A DNA stretch of 64,000 bases, from positions 89,835 through 153,834 of the forward strand of contig NIVC01000614.1 in assembly GCA_002269645.1 (NCBI GenBank), written 5' to 3'. This document shows, piece by piece, positions 58,101-64,000 of the stretch. Position numbers and translations under genes: made by a program. Under the pieces are notes generated by a model, which made no database searches, was not told where the DNA came from, and saw nothing but the letters and a program-made list of their open reading frames with translations. Within the stretch, counting starts at the first letter, position 1. Every line of letters begins with the position of its first letter. The DNA is from Macrostomum lignano. Taxonomy: Eukaryota.

Positions 58101-61100
58101 ACAGATTGGAGATGATAGGAGAGAGAATAAATGAGGGATAAGAGCGTACAGAGGCAATAGAAGAGAAGGGAGAGTAGAGGAGAAAGAAAGAGTGAGATGA
58201 GGAGATGAGGGATGAGAGAGCAGGGGAGAGAGGAGGGAGAAGAGAGATGGAAGATAGAGATGAGAGAGATAAAAGTGCAGAGAGAAGTAATTAGTGAGGA
58301 GAAAGAAGAGAGTAAGAATAAAAATCAGAGCGCAGGCCGCAAGAGTTGAGAGATGGGAGTTGATAGATTGTAGAGGATTTGGAGATGATTTGGAAGATGG
58401 GATTCAATTCATTGAATTTCAGCTGATAGGAGTTCTTCCCCTTCAGAATTCCGGTGATGGGAGTTCTTCCCCTTCAGAATTCCGGTGATGGGAGTTCTTC
58501 CCATTTCTCCTCCAGAGGAGGAGTTCCACTTATATACTAAAGTTGACGCGTTGTTTGTCTGTCTGTCATTTCGACAACTCCTCCTTGAATAGTGGCAACT
58601 CAGCGTTGAAACTTATATGGGAAGATTGGAAATTATCCGAGGTCGGCTATAGGCTATTTTAATTCTGAAATTTTAATTTCTAAGATCCTCAAAAAAGCAG
58701 AAAACGGCGGTCTTGACCTTTGATAATCTTAATTGTCCCCTCTTTCTGCTTGGAGCTGAAAATTTGCATGAATTTCAAGTGATTGCGCCACAACTTTTCC
58801 CTATCTCTGCAGTGTATTTTCTCTCCAGTGGGGGATGGGGCGTTCTAAATGGCTGCCTGTGTACAATCGGACCCTGGCTCACCGGCTGACTTTATAGACA
58901 ATTGCGCAAAGATTTGTGTTCTAATTTTCAATAGGCAGCCCTGTGATTTTGTTGAACCTTGAAATTCAATGCATAAACTTGCGGGCCTCTTTAGCAGGCA
59001 GTGAACGTACAATTGATATTTTAATGCTTTAAATCAGAAAGTTTCAAACGCAAACTGTTGCTCGAGTTTTTAACTTTGAGAGAAAAAATTTATATTGCTG
59101 GAAAGAACTTGCAACGCTGAGTTCGGGATATAAGTTGTTTGCTTTAAATATGAAAGAAAAAACACAGCATTTGAAAAACTTTCATACTTTTAACTTTCTG
59201 CAAAGATTGTACTCATTTTTAGTTCAATGCCCCCAACAGTTGGGGGTTCAATTTCTAACTGCCACTGCGTATTGAAAAGGGGTCAGTCTCTGTGTACTGG
59301 AGGGTTGATTTAGATTGCGCAATCTTTTTGTTAACTTTAACTGAGACTGATACTGACTGACTGAGAAATCAGTTGCGCAATCAATTGATTCAATTGGTTC
59401 AATTTTTTTATTTGGACACGCAGATGTGTGTAGCTTTAACCCTAACCCTAACCCTAACCCTAACCCTAACCAATGAATTCTGATATTTTATTCTTTTTGA
59501 CGGAGAAAATTTCGATTGAGTCCAGTTTTAAAGAGAGAATTTCGATGGTTTTCAGTTTCACGGAGAGGATTTCTGTTTCGCGGAGAGGATTTCGATGGTC
59601 TTCAGTTTCACGGAGAGGATTTCGATGGTTTTCAGTTGCACAGACTGCTTCGCGGAGAGGATCTTGATGGATTTGGCATCTTCAATCAGTCAGAGAAGAG
59701 AGTAAAGAGAAGAATGAAAAAAGAAGAGAGATGAGTGGGTAGAAAACAGAGGAGAAATGAGTGGAGAAATTAGACATGACAGATGGGAGAGAAGAGGGAA
59801 GTAAGGCGGGAACGAAGGAGAGAGAAGAGAAGAGGAGAGAGGAGATGAGAGGGGAGATATGAGATAGCAGAGGGAGACAAGAGAGATAATAGGAGAGAGA
59901 ATAGATGAGAGATAAGAGCGAACAGAGGAAATAGAAGAGAGGGGAGAGTCGAGGAGAAAGAAAGAGTGAGATGAGGGATGAGAGATGAGAGAGGAAAGAA
60001 GAGAGAAGAGAGGAGAAAAGAGGGGAGAAAGGAGACAGGAGCGAGTACAGACGAAATACCAGGGAGAAGATATAAATAAGGTAGTAGAGATGAGAGGAGA
60101 GAGAGAGGAGAGAGAAGCGAAAGGAGAAGAGAGAGAGGAGAGAGGAGAGATGAAAGATGCGATGAGAAGAGATGAGTGAGAACATAAGAGAGAAGAGATT
60201 AGAGATTAGAGAAGAGCGGGGAGAAGATGAAAGGAGCAGGGAGAGGAGAAAAGAGAGAATGGAGAGGATAGAAAGAGAGAGAGAAGAGACAGGGATAGTG
60301 GTAAGGAGGAAAGAAAGATGGGAGACAAGAAAGTAGAGTGTGAGAGCGTATATGAGATATGAGAAATGAGAGCAGAGAGAAGAAAAAAAGAGAAGAGAGA
60401 GAGGGTTAAGAGAGACGATAGATAAGTGAGTAGAGATGACATATGAGAGAGGAGAGAAGAGGGAGAGATAAGAGAGAAGAGACGGGACAAGAGACAGGAG
60501 AGGGTACAGACGAAAGACGAGGGAGAAGAGATAAATAAGGGAGTAGGGGTAGAGATGAGATGAGAGAGAGGAGAGAGAAGAGAGTCAAGAGAGGGAGAAA
60601 AGTTTTGTAAAGGTCTTTGAAAAGGTCTTTGAAAAGTTTTGTAAAGAATTTGGAGACCATTTGGAAGATAGGGTTCAAAACATAGAATTTCAGTTGATGG
60701 ATATTTCAGGGAATGGAATTCCGGTGATGGGAGTTCTTCCCTTCTCCTCCGAAGGAGGAGTTCCACTCGTATATACTAAAGTTGACGTGTTGTTTGTCTG
60801 TCTGTGTGTGTGTGTTCGTTTCGACAACTCCCCTTGAATAGTGCCAACTCAGCGTTGAAACTTATATGGGAAGATTGGAAATTATCCGAGGTCGGCTATA
60901 GGCTATTTTAATTCTGAAATTTTAATTTCTAAGATCCTCAAAAAGCAGAAAACTTGAATCTTGACCTTTGATAATCTTAATTGTCCCCTCTTTCTGCTTG
61001 GAGCTGAAAAATGCATGAATTTTTTGTGATTGCGCCACAACTTTTCCCTATCTCTGTACTGTATTTTCTCTCCAGTGGGGGTGGGAGCGTTCTCAGTGGC

Positions 61101-64000
61101 TGCGTGTGTACACTTGGACCCTGGCTGACTGGCTGACTGTAAAGATAATTGCGCAATGATATGGCTACTGATAAGTTTTCCTGCCTTTCAATGGGCAGTC
61201 CTGTGTATTTGTTGGACATTGAAATTCAATGCATCAACTTGCAAGCAGGCAGTGAACGTACACTCGATACTTCAATGCTATAAATCAGACAGTTTCAAAC
61301 GCTAACTGTTCCTCGAGTTTTAAACTTTGAGAGGAGAAACTTATATTGCTGGCAAGATCTTGCAACGCTGAGTTCGGGGATATAAGTTGTTTGCTTTAAA
61401 TATGAAAAGAAAAAGCACAGCATTTGAAAAACTATTTCCATACTTTTAACTTTTTGCAAATATTGTACTCAGTTTTGCAAGACGTAATAGATAAAGTTGG
61501 GGGGAGGGTTCAACTTCTCACTGCTGCTGTGTATTGGAGGGTTGATTTAGATTGCGCAATGTTTTTGTTAACTTTACCTGAGGCTGATACTGACTGACTG
61601 TGAAATCGGTTGCGCAATGAATTGATTCAATTAGTTCAATATTTTTATCTGTGCCTTTTAACACGAAGCTGTGCGTAGTTCTAACCCTAACCCTAACCCT
61701 AACCCTAACCCTAATGAATCTGGCGAGTTGAGTTGTTTGACGGAAACAATTCGATTAAGTCAAGTTTAGCGGAGACGATTTCAATGTTTAAATTCTGACG
61801 GAGAAGATTCTGTTTCGTGGAGAGGATTTCGATGATGTTCAGTTTCACGAAAGGATTTCCATGGTGTTCAGTTTCACGGAGAGGATTTCGATCATGTTCA
61901 GCTTCACGGAGAGGCTTTCTGTTTCGCGGAGATAATTTATGATTGATTTCTGTTTATGGAAACAATTTTGATGGATTCAGGTTTCAAGGAGAGGATTTCG
62001 AAGGAGTCCAGTTTCACTGAGAGGATTTCGATGGTTTTTAGTTGCACAGACAGGATTTTTGCTTCGCGGAGAGGATCTTGATGGATTTGGCATCTTCAAT
62101 CAGTCAGAGAAGAGAGTAAAGAGAAGACTGAAAAGAGAAGAGAGAAGAGATGATAGAAAACAGAGTATAATTGAGTGGAGAGATTAGACATGACAGATTG
62201 GAGATGATAGGAGAGAGAATAGATGAGGGATAAGAGCGTACAGAGGCAATAGAAGAGAGGGGAGAGAGAGGAGAAAGAAAGAGTGAGATGAGGAGATGAG
62301 GGATGAGAGAGGAGGGGAGAGAGGAGACAGGAGAGAGTACAGACGAAAGACTAGGGAGAAGATATAAATAAGGTAGTAAAGATGAGAGGAGAGAGAGGAG
62401 AGAGAAGCGAAAGGAGAAGAGAGTGAGGAGAGAGGAGAGAGATGAAAGGAGCAAGGAAAGGAGAAAAGAGAGAATGGAGAGAATAGAAAAGAGAGAAGAG
62501 AAGAGACAGGGGATAGTGAAAAGGAGGAAGAAAGATGGGAGACAAGAAAGTAGTGTCAGAGCGTATATGAAATATGAGAAATGAGAGCAGAGAGAAGAGA
62601 AAAGAGAAGAGAGAGAGAGGGTTAAGAGAGACGATAGATAAGTGAGTAGAGATGACATATGAGAGAGGAGAGAAGAGGGAGAGATAAGAGTGAAGAGAGG
62701 AGACAGAAGACAGGAGAAGGTACAGACGAAAGACGAGGGAGAAGAGATAAATAAGGGAGCAGGGGTAGAGATGAGATGAGAGAGAGGAGAGAGGAGATAT
62801 GAGAGACTTGAGAGTCTTTGAGCTATGGTCTTTGAAAGATTTTGTAAAGAATTTGGAGACGATTTGGAAGATAGGGTTAAAGACATGGAATTTCAGTTGA
62901 TGGATATTTCAGGGAATAGAATTCCGGTGATGGGAGTTCTTCCCCTTTCTCCTCCGAAGGAGGAGTTCCACTCGTATATACTAAAGTTGACGCGTTGTTT
63001 GTCTGTCTGTGTGTGTGTGTGTGTGTGTGTCATTTCGACAACTCCTCCTTGAATAGTGGCAACTCAGCGTTGAAACTTATATGGGAAGATTGGAAATTAT
63101 CCGAGGTCGGCTATAGGCTATTTTAATTCTGAATTTTAATTTCTAAGATCCTCAAAAAAGCAGAAAACGGCGGTCTTGACCTTTGATAATCTTAATTGTC
63201 CCCTCTTTCTGCTTGGAGCTGAAAATTTGCATGAATTTCAAGTGATTGCGCCACAACTTTTCCCTATCTCTGCAGTGTATTTTCTCTCCAGTGGGGGATG
63301 GGCGTTCTAAATGGCTGCCTGTGTACAATCGGACCCTGGCTCACTGGCTGACTGTATAGACAATTGCGCAAAATTTGTGTTCTAATTTTCAATAGGCAGC
63401 CCTGTGATTTTGTTGAACCTTGAAATTCAATGCATAAACTTGCGGGCCTCTTTAGCAGGCAGTGAACGTACAATCGATATTTCAATGCTTTAAATCAGAA
63501 AGTTTCAAACGCAAACTGTTGCTCGAGTTTTTAACTTTGAGAGAAAAAATTTATATTGCTGGAAAGAACTTGCAAAGCTGATTTCAGGGATATAAATTGT
63601 TTGCTTCAAATATGAAAACTAAAAGCTCTGCATTGCAAAAACTATTTCCATACTTTAAACTTTCTGCAAAGATTGTACTCATTTTAGGATTTCAATGGCG
63701 TTCGACCGACCCCCCAACAGTTTAGGAGGTCGGTCGGTGTGTATTGATTTGGGTTGATTTAGATTGCGCAATCTGTTTGTTAACTTTAACTGAGACTGAT
63801 ACTGACTAACACAGAAATATATTGCCACAATCAATTGATTCAATTGGTTCATTTTTTATTATCGGCCCTGTGTATTAGTTTGGCAGTGAAATTCAATGAA
63901 TAAACTTGCGAGCTTCTCTAGCAAGTTAGTCGGGAATTGGTAATTCAAACGCTAACTGTTCCTCGAGTTTTAAACTTTCAGAGGAGAAACTTATATTGCT
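52140..64000 (+). repeat. Head-to-tail array of composite ~1.8-2.3 kb units (Helitron/DINE-like head); heads at ~52180, 53953, 56214, 58531, 60772, 62976; runs off the window end
   Basis: Each unit starts TATATACTAAAGTTGACG(C/T)GTTGTTTGTCTGTCTG. It continues with a ~370-bp subrepeat (1-2 copies), (TAACCC)n, a 30/20-bp minisatellite, a GA-rich tract and the hairpin CTCCTCC-NNN-GGAGGAG. Confidence 0.92.
53106..61714. repeat. Five short interstitial telomere-type arrays (TAACCC)4-5 at 53106-53134, 54877-54911, 57588-57620, 59437-59471, 61682-61714
   Basis: Perfect TAACCC hexamers (TTAGGG on the minus strand) at an equivalent position in each array unit. Confidence 0.95.

Noticed and set aside
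55130-62886. Leu/Ser-rich minus-strand and Arg/Glu-rich plus-strand ORFs
   Set aside because: They are translations of the polypurine/polypyrimidine tracts.

Overview
Eukaryotic (metazoan) genomic DNA. Spliceosomal GT-AG introns, TTAGGG-type telomere hexamers, dense mini/microsatellites and Q/S-rich proteins suggest a lophotrochozoan, possibly a free-living flatworm such as Macrostomum; the organism is my inference only. Eight protein-coding genes can be assembled by hand from ORFs plus splice sites: a WDR54-like WD40 gene (3' exons), an astacin metalloprotease with an in-frame TAG, a GT92/DUF23 glycosyltransferase, TMEM165/GDT1, a divergent ankyrin-repeat TRP channel with a ~4 kb exon, a DEG/ENaC (FaNaC-like) channel with a poly-Q tail, an FAAH-type amidase, and an orphan predicted to be N-myristoylated. 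Between and inside them lie about eight minisatellite arrays, several MITEs, CORE-like tRNA-derived SINEs, a CpG-free hAT fossil and a long inverted-repeat pair around an orphan promoter-like sequence. The last ~12 kb is a head-to-tail array of ~1.8-2.3 kb composite units. Each has a Helitron/DINE-like head with GTCT microsatellite, a ~370-bp subrepeat, (TAACCC)4-5, a 30/20-bp minisatellite, a polypurine tract and a conserved terminal hairpin. The most interesting items are this telomere-repeat-bearing array, the TRP channel with mixed TRPM/TRPN features, the in-frame stops in two otherwise intact genes, and the CpG-free transposon fossil. All calls are by eye; no searches were run.
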